Part shown: in pieces, positions 43,105 to 55,100 of the stretch
Layout: each line of letters starts with the position of its first letter
How positions within the stretch are numbered: the first letter of the stretch is position 1
Assembly (NCBI RefSeq): GCF_001447785.1
Contig: NW_015173124.1
Location: 269,845-333,844, forward strand
Direction of reading: 5' to 3'
Origin: Gekko japonicus
Taxonomy: Eukaryota
Length of the DNA stretch: 64,000 nucleotides
Program-made: the position numbers and the translations under genes
The notes under the pieces: generated by a model
Told to the model about the DNA's origin: nothing
The model's input: only the letters and a program-made list of their open reading frames with translations
Databases searched by the model: none

Positions 43105-44315
43105 GGGATGTAGTAAAAGGAAGGTCAGGATTGCCCATTGGAAACAATGGGAGAGACTTGAAGGTCTATTGGAAATAATGGGAGCCAGGAATGCCAATTG
43201 ACTTGCATGGGCTCCACTGAAATACATTACACCTCAAGAACTTTTTAAAAAGTCGTGTGTGACATCACACGGGAGAGGTGGAATTTGCCCCTAGGAGTCC
43301 AAGGCCACCACCCCGGGGCTCAGGGAGGCAGAGGAACCACCACCACCCCGCGGCTGCTGCCATTGTTGGCGGCGGCAGTGATAACTTTTTAAAGAGCCCC
43401 TCACAAGAGCTAGGGAAACCAGAATGACCACTGTGTGATGGTGGGACATCACACGCAAGAGGTGGAATTTGCGTGTGTGAGATCACACGGTGGGACATCA
43501 CAAGAGGTGGAATTTGCCCCTAGGAGTCCATGGCCACCACCCCGGGGCTCAGGGAGGCAGAGGAACCACCACCACCCCGCGGCTGCTGCCATTGTTGGCG
43601 GCGGCAGTGATAACTTTTTAAAGAGCCCCTCACGAGAGCTAGGGGAGCCAAAAGGACCGCTCGGATGTGATGTCCCAGCGGCAATGACCACACCACTGGG
43701 ACATCACACGCCAGAGGCGGAAATTGCCCCTAGGAGTCCAAGGCCCCCTGTTCCTGCTCCTGCTACACCCTGGGGCTGTCAGTCCACATGTGATGTCCCA
43801 GCGGCAACGACCACACCGCTGGGACATCACACGCCAGAGGCAGAATTTGCCCCTAGGAGTCCAAGGCCCCCGTTCCTGCTCCTGCTACATCCTGGGGCTG
43901 TCAGTCCATTCTGAGGCCCGTCATCCCAGTCCCAGAACACTCTTGCTACCCCCCATGGGCTGTCATTCCACTTCGTGATCTCTCATTCCAGTCCCAGAAC
44001 ACTTCTGCTCCACCCTGGGGCTGTAATTCCACTCTGGGACCTGTCATTCCAGTCCCTGAACACTCCTGCTACACCTTGGGGCTGTTATTCCACCACGTGG
44101 TCTCTCATTCCATCCCCAGAGTAGTTTTTGGGCCTTGAGACCCTAATGGAAAATCCATTCCGCATTTTTATTGCAACTCTACTTGTACTGTATTGTATTT
44201 CAATGGAGCCCATGCAAGTCAATTGGTATTCCTGGCTCTCATTTTTTTCAATGGGCCTTCAGGCATCTCCCATTGTTTCCAATGGGCAATCCTGTCCTTC
44301 CTTTTAGTTCATACC
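43105..44315. mobile_element. Non-autonomous Mutator (MULE)-like element with about 125-bp TIRs and internal tandem repeats
   Basis: TIRs 43105-43230 and 44190-44315 (GG...CC ends). 9-bp flanking repeat AAAAAAATC / TAAAAAATC (8 of 9 match). Internal duplications at about 43265-43430 / 43500-43660 and 43665-43785 / 43787-43908. Confidence 0.72.
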
Positions 44316-44894
44316 TAAAAAATCTCCAGAGGCATGGACAGCCATAATTTCGGAGCTGTAACAGAAAAGGCCCTGCTTTCTCATAGCAAGCTAATGGGAC
44401 TGGGTAAAAGCAGGATCTAATTAATTTTTAATGGATTGTCATGTATTTGTATGACTTTTACATTGAAACAAAATAAAACCACTGTCATAATCAGGGGTCA
44501 TTTTGTAGAAAAAGTGGTGCAGGAGCTCATTAGCATAACTTATTTGCATGTGCCACACACCCTGACATCACCAGAAGTGTGTCAGAAGGCAACACCCACT
44601 GCTCAGGCTCCACTGGACTGTTTTGGATTGCTAGCTATGGGAGGGGGGGATGTGCAGATCTGTCCTCACAGAGGAGGGAGAGCGTCTACCTGAATAAAAC
44701 TTGGTCTTAAAGGTGCCACTAGACTGTTTTGGAGGGGGGGGGCTCTGTAGCTTACCTGGCTGCTTCTTGCTCTGACTGAGGGTTGCTGAGAGCAGGAGGT
44801 GGGGCTTGTTGCATGTGCCCGCTCCCTGGGCTCTTTACTGCCGGAGCTCTGCTCCTGTGCGCTCCTGCAGGAAGTGACCCCTAGTCATAATATA

Positions 44895-45186
44895 GGTAAA
44901 GGTTTCCCTTGCTCGAAAGCCAGTCGAATCCATCTCTAGGGATGCGGTGCTCATCTCCGTTTCCAAGCTAGAGCCAGCGCTGTCCAGACATTGCTGTGGT
45001 CATGTGGCCAGCTTGACTAGACGCCGAGGCGCACGGAATGCTGTTACCTTCCCACCAAAGTGGTACCTATTTATCTACTTGCAATTTCTTGCTTTTGAAC
45101 TGCTAGGTTGGCAGGAGCTGGGGCCAGAGACGGGAGCTCACTCCATCATGCGGCACTTGGGTCTTGAACTGCTGAACTACCGACCT
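44895..45186 (-). mobile_element. Sauria-type SINE, 5'-truncated
   Basis: Reverse complement of 33540-33820; GGTAAAGGT tail. Confidence 0.78.
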
Positions 45187-46611
45187 AAAAATCTTAATAT
45201 TGATCATGTCTTAGTCTATAGGCAGCACCATAAAAACCATGCATACACCACTTCATGGCACCGCCATAGCATAGAAACATAGTTCTAAATCATGGATCCT
45301 TATGATTTGCGTGTTGGGTCACCCCAGAATCTGCATAAAATCATGTATCATGTCCACAGCCTCATGTTACGCCAGAAAAATAGTCGATCCACTGACTCAT
45401 GCACAAAAACATGGTTCCAAAGCACAGGTCCACAGGATTTTTGTGTTGGTGCCATGAAATGGTAGATGTGTGCAATCTGTGGCTACGGACTTGATGGTGA
45501 GTTTGCAATGACACAATCAGCAAAGTATTTAAGACTGCAGTTTATGTATACCTACATGGGAGTAAATCCTACTGATTCCAGTGGTTTTAAAACAAAAGTC
45601 ATCTGGTTTCACATGTTTAAATGGGCCCATCAAAAGTCCAATAAATCAACTCATAACTTTTAAAACACATCCCATGAGCAGAACTCATCAGCAGCTCCCA
45701 ACATTCTGCACAAAAGGTGAACATTATGGAGCATATCAGAACTCAAGCTACACATATGATACATCTGGAACATGAAAAATCCTCATCTGCTTTGCTGATT
45801 CCTGCAGGAAATAATGACCCCACTGACAACTGATCAATTTCATTGTGTTGAAATTCCTTCCCTCTAGTTCCCTAATAGTACCTCTGAGTCCCCTGAGGCA
45901 GCACATGGGATTTTGAGGGCCCAGCAAACCATGTTCTGGGTGTCCTACATCTGGTGCTCCGAGTTATTTTTAAAATTCAGTTATCAGCCAAACGGACCCA
46001 ACTTGGATTTGCACCAACACAAGGGTAGCTAAGTCTCTCTGTCCTGGTGACATTTTCCCAACCTGAAACAGCCCCAGGGAGCCACAAACCAGATAACTGA
46101 CTTAAATCACTGAGAGTTCAAAATACAGAATTTTCAGTGGTTATGTTGTTTGGCCCTAAGGCATGCTTTCCCTTTAGGCAGGGGCTGAGCCTGGGAATTT
46201 TATTCACATGGCACACACTACCTCTGACTTGGCCTTATGTGATATGAAAATGAAGGAGAAAAAAAAGGCAAAATGTGAATGAGCCACAGTGTAGCCATGT
46301 CTGTGAAGGCCAAGTAAAGAACTGAAGGGAATGTTTGACCCAATAATGATCCAGAACTGTTATCTGTGCTTTGGGCTGAAGTCTCCAAAAGTCTGCATTC
46401 CTCACAACCTAGTTTTAAAAAAGGTATGTGTTAAGAAGTCAGTTTGACTTTTAACATGTATCCTTTTTAAAAAGTATAAGAGTTAGCAGTTTGTGCTGCT
46501 TTTGTAGCATACAGTAGATAAGATAGTAGTATTCTTAAAAGTATGTTAAGAAGGAAATATGGATTGCTTTTCTGTTGATTACAATTTGGTGCAGTATTGA
46601 GTTGTCATTGT

Positions 46612-46817
46612 CAATGCTTCCTCTAAGCTGTAGAGTCTTGTGAGCAAAAATTCTGCTTCTTGAGCCAGTGGCATTAAAGTTGTGAGTGAGAAATTTGGCT
46701 ACTGCATAAATTAATTTGCTCTGGAGCCATCCTTCCTGAGCTAAGACAAAAATGTGTGAGCCGGAAGATTAAAAACCGTGAGCTAGCTCACACTAACTCA
46801 GCTTAGAGGGAACACTG
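46612..46817 (-). mobile_element. hAT-type MITE, copy 3
   Basis: Reverse-orientation copy; perfect 8-bp TSD GTCATTGT (46604-46611, 46818-46825). Confidence 0.85.
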
Positions 46818-48014
46818 GTCATTGTGTAATGGATATAAAAGTTCTGCAAGAGTCTGATGTCAATTTGCCTGTATATGTATATGCTTTCATTCTGCAAAGT
46901 TGTCAGTGTCTTTGAACCTTCTTAGGAACAGACCCTTTCCTTTTGTGAAATAAATTTCCTTGACCATGATCAATAAAGAATGATTAATCACAATCAATCA
47001 ATATTAGTAGTGATTTGGACCCCTTCTTTGAGCCCAATTAAATTTGCAATTTCCCCATCAACACTATGCAGCTAGCCCACCTCCCCCATCCATTGCCCAG
47101 AAAAAGATCCAACATAAAAAAGGTTGCAGTTACAGATCTGAAGTTAAGAATGAGGCGAGGACTCTCAAGGTGTTAATGACAGAACAGGTTGATCAAGTCC
47201 TATTAAGCTTGTTTGAATTTGCAGACAGCTTAGCAGCATGGTCAACAGAAACCTGTAGGAGTATAACAGCTTGCTATTGGAAGAGCTCTCTTGCTTTTAT
47301 CTTATACCTAAACCATCCATGCTGTACAGTTTTCTCTCTTATGCTAAGAGGATCTCATAGTTTGGTTTGAGATCAGGCCACCACACATACACTGCACCAT
47401 ACCTCCATCATGCCTTTTTGTTCTCTGATATGTTTGAACACAGCAGAAAGCAAGGACTGAAAAAGAGATATTTATTTCCTGGCAAAGGCAAGAAATTGCT
47501 TACAAGGAATAAATAGAAAGTTCATGATAAGGGAGGTAAAAGGCAGGTAGAGAAAGTTGTCTCCTTCCCCTCACCCCCCATATAATGTGTTTCCTAAGCT
47601 GTATCAGCAAGTACAGAGACCTAGTCATATCACATACCCATTGCTTTTAGGACAGGAAGTTAAAACCGGTGTGTGATAAAATGGTTTAGAATGCAAAGAA
47701 CATTGACTGCTTTGCAGTACTTCTTAATTCTGTATGTTTAATTGCAAAACATGCTGTAATATTTCAAACATTTTCACAAGAAATATGTTTAATATGGAAC
47801 GCCACAGAAATACTGCTAACCATGGATCTTCCACAGAACATGAGAGGAATCTGGGTTGGAACTCCTTTGCAGTCAGTTACAACTGATGGTTGGTTCCGTC
47901 ACAACTGCCAACTTCCACATTCTCAAGCCACAGATGTAAAGCAGCATGTTTACTCAGAAATGCTCAGGTTTTCATCAGGGATGCAGGAGGGGAGGAGTTA
48001 GGCTTGCAGAACAT

Positions 48015-51000
48015 TTATTTCAACTTGCTGAAGAGTTTGTGAGCCACCTGGAAAACAAGAGATGAAGAAAACATTAAAAGAAATTGAATTCAGTAGCTTC
48101 TTTAGCAAATTAATCTATCTTTACAGAATTAGAGTCCAGTAGCATCTTAGGGGACCAACAACATTTTCCAGGATACAAGTTTTTGTGAGTGACAAATTGA
48201 ATTCTGACCCACAAAAACATGTACTCTGGAAAATTGTGTTGGTCCCTCAGATGCTACTGGACTCTAGCTTTGTTCTTTTATCAGAGAAAAATACAGCTAT
48301 GCCTCCTGAAACTATCTTCATGCTTCAACTGCATTCTTGCAACCCATACTTCTAACCCATTTGTACTTGAGTAATATTGTTACAGATATTTGTATTTTAA
48401 AGTGAAGAGTGAGAGGACCCCCCCCCTTTTAAGATCTTCAAGAAGTGCTGTAAGGCCTGCCTGTTTGCCAGGGCTTTTGAAGGGGTTTGAATAGCAAGCA
48501 TCTTTTAAGGGGGGGGAAGGGTCAAGGTTATTCTACCTTTGGTTTTAGTTGGGGATGTTTTAACTATTATTGTAAGCCACCTTGAACCAAGAAGAAAGGC
48601 AGTATATAAATGTTTCAATAAATAAAGTTTAAGTTCTAGCCACAGAATTCCTTTCACACAACCTTTAAATAGTTACTTGATTATGGGATACCTCACTTGC
48701 AAGGGCAAAACCATGGTTTGGCATTTTGTGAATGAGCCATTTATTTGAGCGTTCCCCCCCTTCCCTTGAACATTTGAAGCCAGGTTGAAGACGGGGATGG
48801 CAAAGGATGAGATGGTTAGACCGTGTCATAGATGCAACGAACATGAAATTGAGCAAACTTCAGAGGACAGCGGAAAACAGGAGGGCCTGGCGAGATCTTG
48901 TCCATGGGGTCGCGAAGAGTTGGACTCGACTGTGCGACTGGACAACAACAACAATTTACATTCCCCCATCAAACTAGTATTGCAAACCAGGTTTGAAACT
49001 TATTTGCAATCCTGGTTAAAAGAACGCAGATCATGACTGGCTAATTCGGATGTAATAACAAACTACTGTACTAGAAATCACAATTAGACTCTACGAGAAA
49101 TGTAGAAGTACAGGGGTCATTCATGTAGTGCTGAACCATGGATTAGCTTTACTATGTGTTTAGAAAAACTGAGATGGTTGAGAAGTAAAGACTGATATTT
49201 GATAAATACAGAATTAATCTTGCATCTCAACAATTCTTCCTATCCCACCAGATATCAAAATGATGTTTTAATTCTTCATTAAAAAAACCCTAGTATCCAG
49301 ATTCAAGAGCTGCTTCTTACTCAGTGTATAGTGAAATCTGAAGAATATTCCAAGTTTTGGCTCAAAAACGGAAAAACAGAGGTCCACTTCAGCCATACAG
49401 AAGCCTCAAATTAATCACAACTACTAATCACAACTGCAGCAAGCTTACACAGTGGTCTCTAGCATGCAAGAAGTCAAAGAGCTCCTCTGTACACTGCTCT
49501 TCCGTGTGGGACCTTGATGACACTCGAGCATCGCACTCCTCTAGAAGTTCCCGAAACTTCACACATTTTTCTGTTTGCTCACATTGTTCCCTGATAGTAG
49601 TTAATGGATCCTGGAAGAAAAACAGTTAATGGCAGAAGGTTGTTGCTAAGATTCATCCAAAGGCCTACTGGCTGGAACACAGTACCTTGCTGTTTCTTAT
49701 CCCAGATTTTAAAAAAAAGATCACAAAAGGATTAAAATCTTTCCTACTGTTCCACAGTTATCTACTATCACATTTTCAGCCTTTCTACCACAAGCAGGGT
49801 ATTTTCCCAATGAGCCCCTGGATGTAAGCAATGAGCCTGTAAGTCATTAGGACTTTTCCTGGGGTGCGGCACTTACATGTTAGTTGCAAGTCAGACACAA
49901 CCCACCTCTGCTCTAGGCTGTTAAATAGTTTTTTGAAAATGAATAAAATTGTCCGCAGAACCAAGCTTTGGTGTTCTAGAGATACTTCTACAATACATTA
50001 ACAAACCCAAAAAAAGCATATGAAGCTTCAGTAGTACAGCCCACATGACTGCTTGGTACTTTAAGATGCTATGAACAGATTGGGAAAGACACAGCTTATC
50101 AAAATTGATCCATGTACTTGTGTTTCAGTTTATCATAATCACCCCTCCCCCAACATACACCAACATTTTTGCATCAAATGCTAGTTTTCTAACTCCAAAT
50201 GAGAAATTTCATGGAACAACATGATTCTGAATTATCTCTCTTGTAAACAAGTTCTTCTCTTTTTCCAATATTATTTTAATTAAAAGTCACATACCACAAG
50301 TTCTTCCTCTTCTTCCTCCTCCTCCTAGACAGACACAAATCAAGATGACTCATAAATTATCTGACTCATAAATAAAGTGGGTACATTCGGCTATAGCAAA
50401 ATTAACCACAATTTAGAGTTTTTTCCTACAGTGTAGTAGATAGCTTTTTTGCAACCTGTGTTTTTGTATTAGTAAGACTTATTCCTAAATTTTTGTTTAT
50501 TATAATAATTTAATTTGACGTTCAAATCTATAGATATATTATAGCTGGTTGGACCATGAAGGGTAAAATCTCACAGTGTTGCTGAAGAAGGAAAAGCAAT
50601 TGTTTGGTGACAAGTGGTATGGGAGGCCACTACATTCCTGACTGCTAGAGTTATGCCATCTCTGAATACCAGAACACCAAAACCATGAGGGAGATCTTTC
50701 ATCTCACTTGATTCTGTCAACAGTTTGAGAGACAGATGTGTGGAAAAGAGCAATGGAAAAGTAAGACTGAGCTAGAGACACTGCAAAGACAGAAGAACAG
50801 ACAAGACAGACCTTGATGGAGAGCATGCAACTTGCATCTTAAGTGAGTCTGGGGAAGCCAAAGGAAACCATTAAATGGAAGGGATGTCAAGCCAATTTAA
50901 CAGGGGACAGGATAACCAGATTCAGCAAGCAGGCAACTAGGGCCACTTGATGAGTGCAAGGGAGGAAGATAAAAAAAGAAGGGCAGAAAGAACAAATGAG

Positions 51001-51743
51001 CATCTATTATCCACCCTACAGGAGAATTAGGACTATACAAGTCCCATAAAAACCTGAAGGGCGGGGCAACCGCGGGGGTCTCATTTCCACCCACTGTCCC
51101 CCTTACCTTTTCTCCTTGTTCCTCCGCGGCCTCTTCTGTACAAAGTCCCCCACTCCTGGCAGCCCCTCCCCTTTCCTTCTCTCCCACCCACCTACCTTTT
51201 CTAGTTTATCTCCTTTCCTAGTGTCCCAAAGTATTCAAACAGAAATGAAATGGCATGAAATATACTGAAAATAACGAACGCTATGGGATGGAGCCATTAC
51301 TTAAAGGAAGCGCACATGCTTTGCATGAAACAGCTCCTATACCCCATCCCTGGCAAATCCCTTTAAGAGGGGCCTCAGATTGCAAGCGTTAAGGCCGGCC
51401 TTTGCATGACACAATGTTTAGTATTCCGAACAAGGCAAGAGGCAGTCATCGGCTGATTTTTGTTTCTCAGGCGTCACTGCTCTTGAAGGAGGAGGTTCCA
51501 TTTCTTAATCATAAAAATGCTATGAACAGAGAGGAGAACAAGACAAGGAAACCCGACAACAAAGTCAAGACTCAGAAGGAAAACGATTGCTTCGCCTAAA
51601 GGGGGGGAAGGGGGGGGAGGGACAGTATGACGAACTAAAACACCGTCCAGGACAAGGATAAAGATCATGCACCCTCTGCTGTAGTAGCCCACCTCAGGAT
51701 CCCCATTCCAGCCTTCCAACGCCTTCTCGTCACTCAGCCCCAT
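48015..51743 (-). CDS. UQCRH: UQCRH, cytochrome b-c1 complex subunit 6 (hinge protein); 4 exons, 91 aa
   Basis: Exons 51743-51693 ([17 protein letters not shown]), 50324-50295 ([10 protein letters not shown]), 49610-49449 ([12 protein letters not shown]...[15 protein letters not shown]), 48047-48015 ([10 protein letters not shown]). All GT-AG. Confidence 0.97.
48785..48953 (+). mobile_element. BovB/RTE LINE 3'-end fragment
   Basis: GGATGAGATGGTTAGA...TGTCCATGGGGTCGCGAAGAGTTGGAC followed by a (CAA)n tail. Confidence 0.75.
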
Positions 51744-52104
51744 TTCGGACCGTCTTCCTCAACCCTGGCTCATCAGCAGCGGCCACACAGAAGGACGCGC
51801 AAGGGTCACCGGAAATCCCGCCCCCTCTGTGTAGCCTTGCTAAAACAGCATCACGTTTCCATTGACCTTCTTAAGATGGCTACCATGCCCACGCCTGTTT
51901 ATATACGGATGAAGTCACCCAAGGCGTCTCCTGTGCTTGAAAGTTATGGGGCATATTTTCGACTCTACCAATATGGCCACCAGTTCCAACTAAATGGAGC
52001 CCGCCTCTTGCTCAGCATAGCCGTACCGAACATCCGCATAGCAATGTGACGTTCCCAAGATGGCGCTTTCCGTTTAAGGTAAATTGGTTTATCGGCCGAT
52101 TAGT
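51744..52104. promoter_or_regulatory. Bidirectional UQCRH/LRRC41 promoter
   Basis: Head-to-head start codons about 360 bp apart. ETS CCGGAA (about 51809), GC box CCCGCCCC (about 51817), YY1-type AAGATGGC (about 51873) and CAAGATGGCG (about 52056). Confidence 0.75.
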
Positions 52105-55100
52105 ATGGAAGTTAAACATGAGGAGATGGTCACTGATCGGAATACTCTCAGCCTTTTTGACCTAAGTGCTGCGGTGGTCACCTCCGTTATGGGGCACGTG
52201 GAAAGAGAAGTGTGGGGTAAGCATTCGTTCGGAACCAAATATTTCCCCGTCAAAGGCGAAAAGCGTATCCTCTTGGGAGCGGACCCTAATTTTTCTTTGT
52301 ACTGGGATCTCTGCATGCTCTGAAATGCCAAAATCTGACCCATGGGCTTTGGGTATTGGAGTTAGGACTTCCCCAAATCACCACGACAATAAAACTACAT
52401 TCTCTCCCAGAGTCATTGGGTTACCAACCTTCAGGTAGGATCTGAAAATCTCCAAGAATTATAATTGATCTCCAGACTTCAATGTTTTCGTAAATAAAAG
52501 GCTGCTTTAGGGAATGAACGTTGTGTCGTTATACCGAGGTCCGTCTCCTCCCCAGATCCCACGGTCAGCATGCTCTGCGGCCAAATCTCCAGGAATTTCC
52601 AAACCCAGAGAGTTGGCAGCCCTAAAACTGATTTCCAGACTACACAGATCGTTTCCCCCTGGCATTACATACCCCCGCTGAGATCTCTCCCCAACACTGC
52701 CCTCCCCAGGCATTGCCCCTAAATATTCAGGAATTTCCCTAGCCCCAGTTGGAAATCTGAGCCCGTTCGCGGGGAGGGCGGGGTAAAAATGCAATAAATA
52801 AATAGATAATCTCTCTGTGTGTCTCTGTGTTAAGTCCTGTCAAGTTGCTTCCGATTTATGGCGACCCTATGAATTAACGTTCTCCAAAACGACCTATCAT
52901 TATCTGCTATTCTCAGGCTTTGCAAACTGAGCACCATGGCTTCTTTTATTGTACAAAATGTACAAAAACACTGTAAAACAACTAATATTCTTTACACACT
53001 AGTATACATTCATAATTTCTTCCACAGCTTTACAGTGGCATAAAATGCCTTATATTTGTTTCAAACAAATACAATAAAATTTACAACAATAAGCTAGTAT
53101 TGGCTTGATTATATATATTGTCACCACTGTATTAGGAAATGGTCTCAGAGACCAACAAAGTGTCCAATAAACTGTGACTAAATGTAGAAAGCAAATCAAG
53201 AAGTACAAATGTGACTGGCTGCAGAAATAATACACTGCAACTTGTGACTGCGACTACTAGCTTCAAGGAGACTGTGGCTGCAGCTTGCGGCTGTGAATAG
53301 CTTCCAAAAGAATGTGGCTGGTGCTTGTGGCTGTGCGAAAACCCTGACCCCTCCCACAGCCTGGATTAAAGATCATGGAATACATGTAATGTGTACCTTT
53401 CAAAAATACTTGCTACTACTTCTGATTTAGTTCTCAGGATAACACCAGTATCAACTGGTTCACTTGTATATACATGAGTTCTGCTGAGGTCCTTGTTTCC
53501 TCTACCCTGTCTAAATATACATATCACATCAGAGAATAATCCAGTTCCCACTTACTTGGAAGTAAGGTCTGTTATATTCTAAGAAAAAAAATATTTGAAA
53601 TTGGGCTAAAAATCTGATTTCAGGGTGGAGACATCATTAGTTCAACTTTTTACCCTGCATGTTTAAACATGTCGTGTCACCCATTTGCCTAAAACTGTGT
53701 TTGCTCAAACTGAAATAATGTTTTGTATCCATTTCTCTCCACAAAAGCACTTCCAGGCCCTATACTCCAGGGTATCTTGCCAATGCTTAACATCTACTAC
53801 CTGGAGCGAATTGAGGAGACTGCAGTGAAAAAAGGTCAGTTACTTGTTTTCTGCTATTCTAGGAAAACAAATATCATACATTTTTAAACTGTTTCTTCCC
53901 TGTTTTGCATGGGACCGAATACAACTGTCATGTTGCCATCCAGATTCTCTAATTTCCTCCAAAGATTAAAACACTTAATTAAATGGTTATTTATTCTGGC
54001 TAAGGAGCTATGTGTGTGTGTGCTTAAATTCCTCTTACTGCATTCAGTTGTGCTTCAGCTCACAGAGGTTAGAGACATCATAATTTTTGTTAAATTGCTA
54101 CACCTAATACACCAGAACTATTGCGCATAAAACAATAAAGTATAGTTTAAGTATAGTTGTGGAGTAGTATAGTTGTGGAGCAATGAATAGAATGTTGATT
54201 TTAACTGTGGGAAACCCAGACTGAAATTCCTTTTTGCAGAGTGGCTTTACATTAGTCGCTGTCAGTTTAATCAGTTCAGAGGCTACAAAATTAACACAAC
54301 CTCCTTAGAAAAGAGAAGGGATAATACCAATATGACAACTGTATAGAACATAAGAACATAAGAGTTGGATCAGGCCAAAGGCCCATCCAGTCCAACACTT
54401 TGTCACACAGTGGCCAGAAATACCAGTGCCATCAGGAGGTCCACCAGTGGGGCCAGGACATTAGAAGCCCTCCCACTGTTGACGCCCCCCCCCCAGCACC
54501 AAGAAGACTGAGCATCACTTGCCCCAGAGCCCCTATCTATACCTTGTGGCTAATAGCCACTGATGGACTTCTGCTCCATATGATTATCTAATTGCCTTTT
54601 GAAGCTGTCCATGCTTGTAGCCACCACCATCTCCTGTGGCAGTGAATTCCATGTGTTAATCACCCTTTGGGTGAAGAAGTACTTCCTTTTATCCGTTCTA
54701 ACGCGACCGCTCAGCAATTTCATTGAGTGCCCACGAGTTCTTGTATTGTGAGAAAGAGAGAAAAGTACCTCTTTCTCTACCTGCTCTATCCCATGCATAA
54801 TCTTATAAACCTCAATCATGTCTACCCTCAGTCATCGTTTCTCCAAGCTAAAGAGCCCTAAGCGCTTTTAACCTTTCCTCATAGGGAAAGTGTTCCAACC
54901 TTTTTATCATTCGAGTTGCCCTTTTCTGCACTTTTCCCAAAGCTATAATATCCTTTTTAAGGTATGGTGACCAGAACTGCACACAGTATTCCAAATGAGG
55001 TCGCACCATTGATTTATATAGGGGCATGATGATATTGGCTGATCTGTTTTCAATACCCTTCCTAATAATCCCCAGCATAGCATTGGCCCTTTTTATTGCA

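Noticed and set aside
43265-44120. Repeat-spacer-like pattern and Pro-rich ORFs resembling a CRISPR array or repeat protein
   Set aside because: Eukaryotic context, the 'spacers' are themselves duplicated, there are no cas genes, and the region lies within TIRs.
47130-47260. Possible extra UQCRH 3' exon (ctcctacag| acceptor on the minus strand)
   Set aside because: The CDS is complete at 48015 and nothing else supports splicing here.
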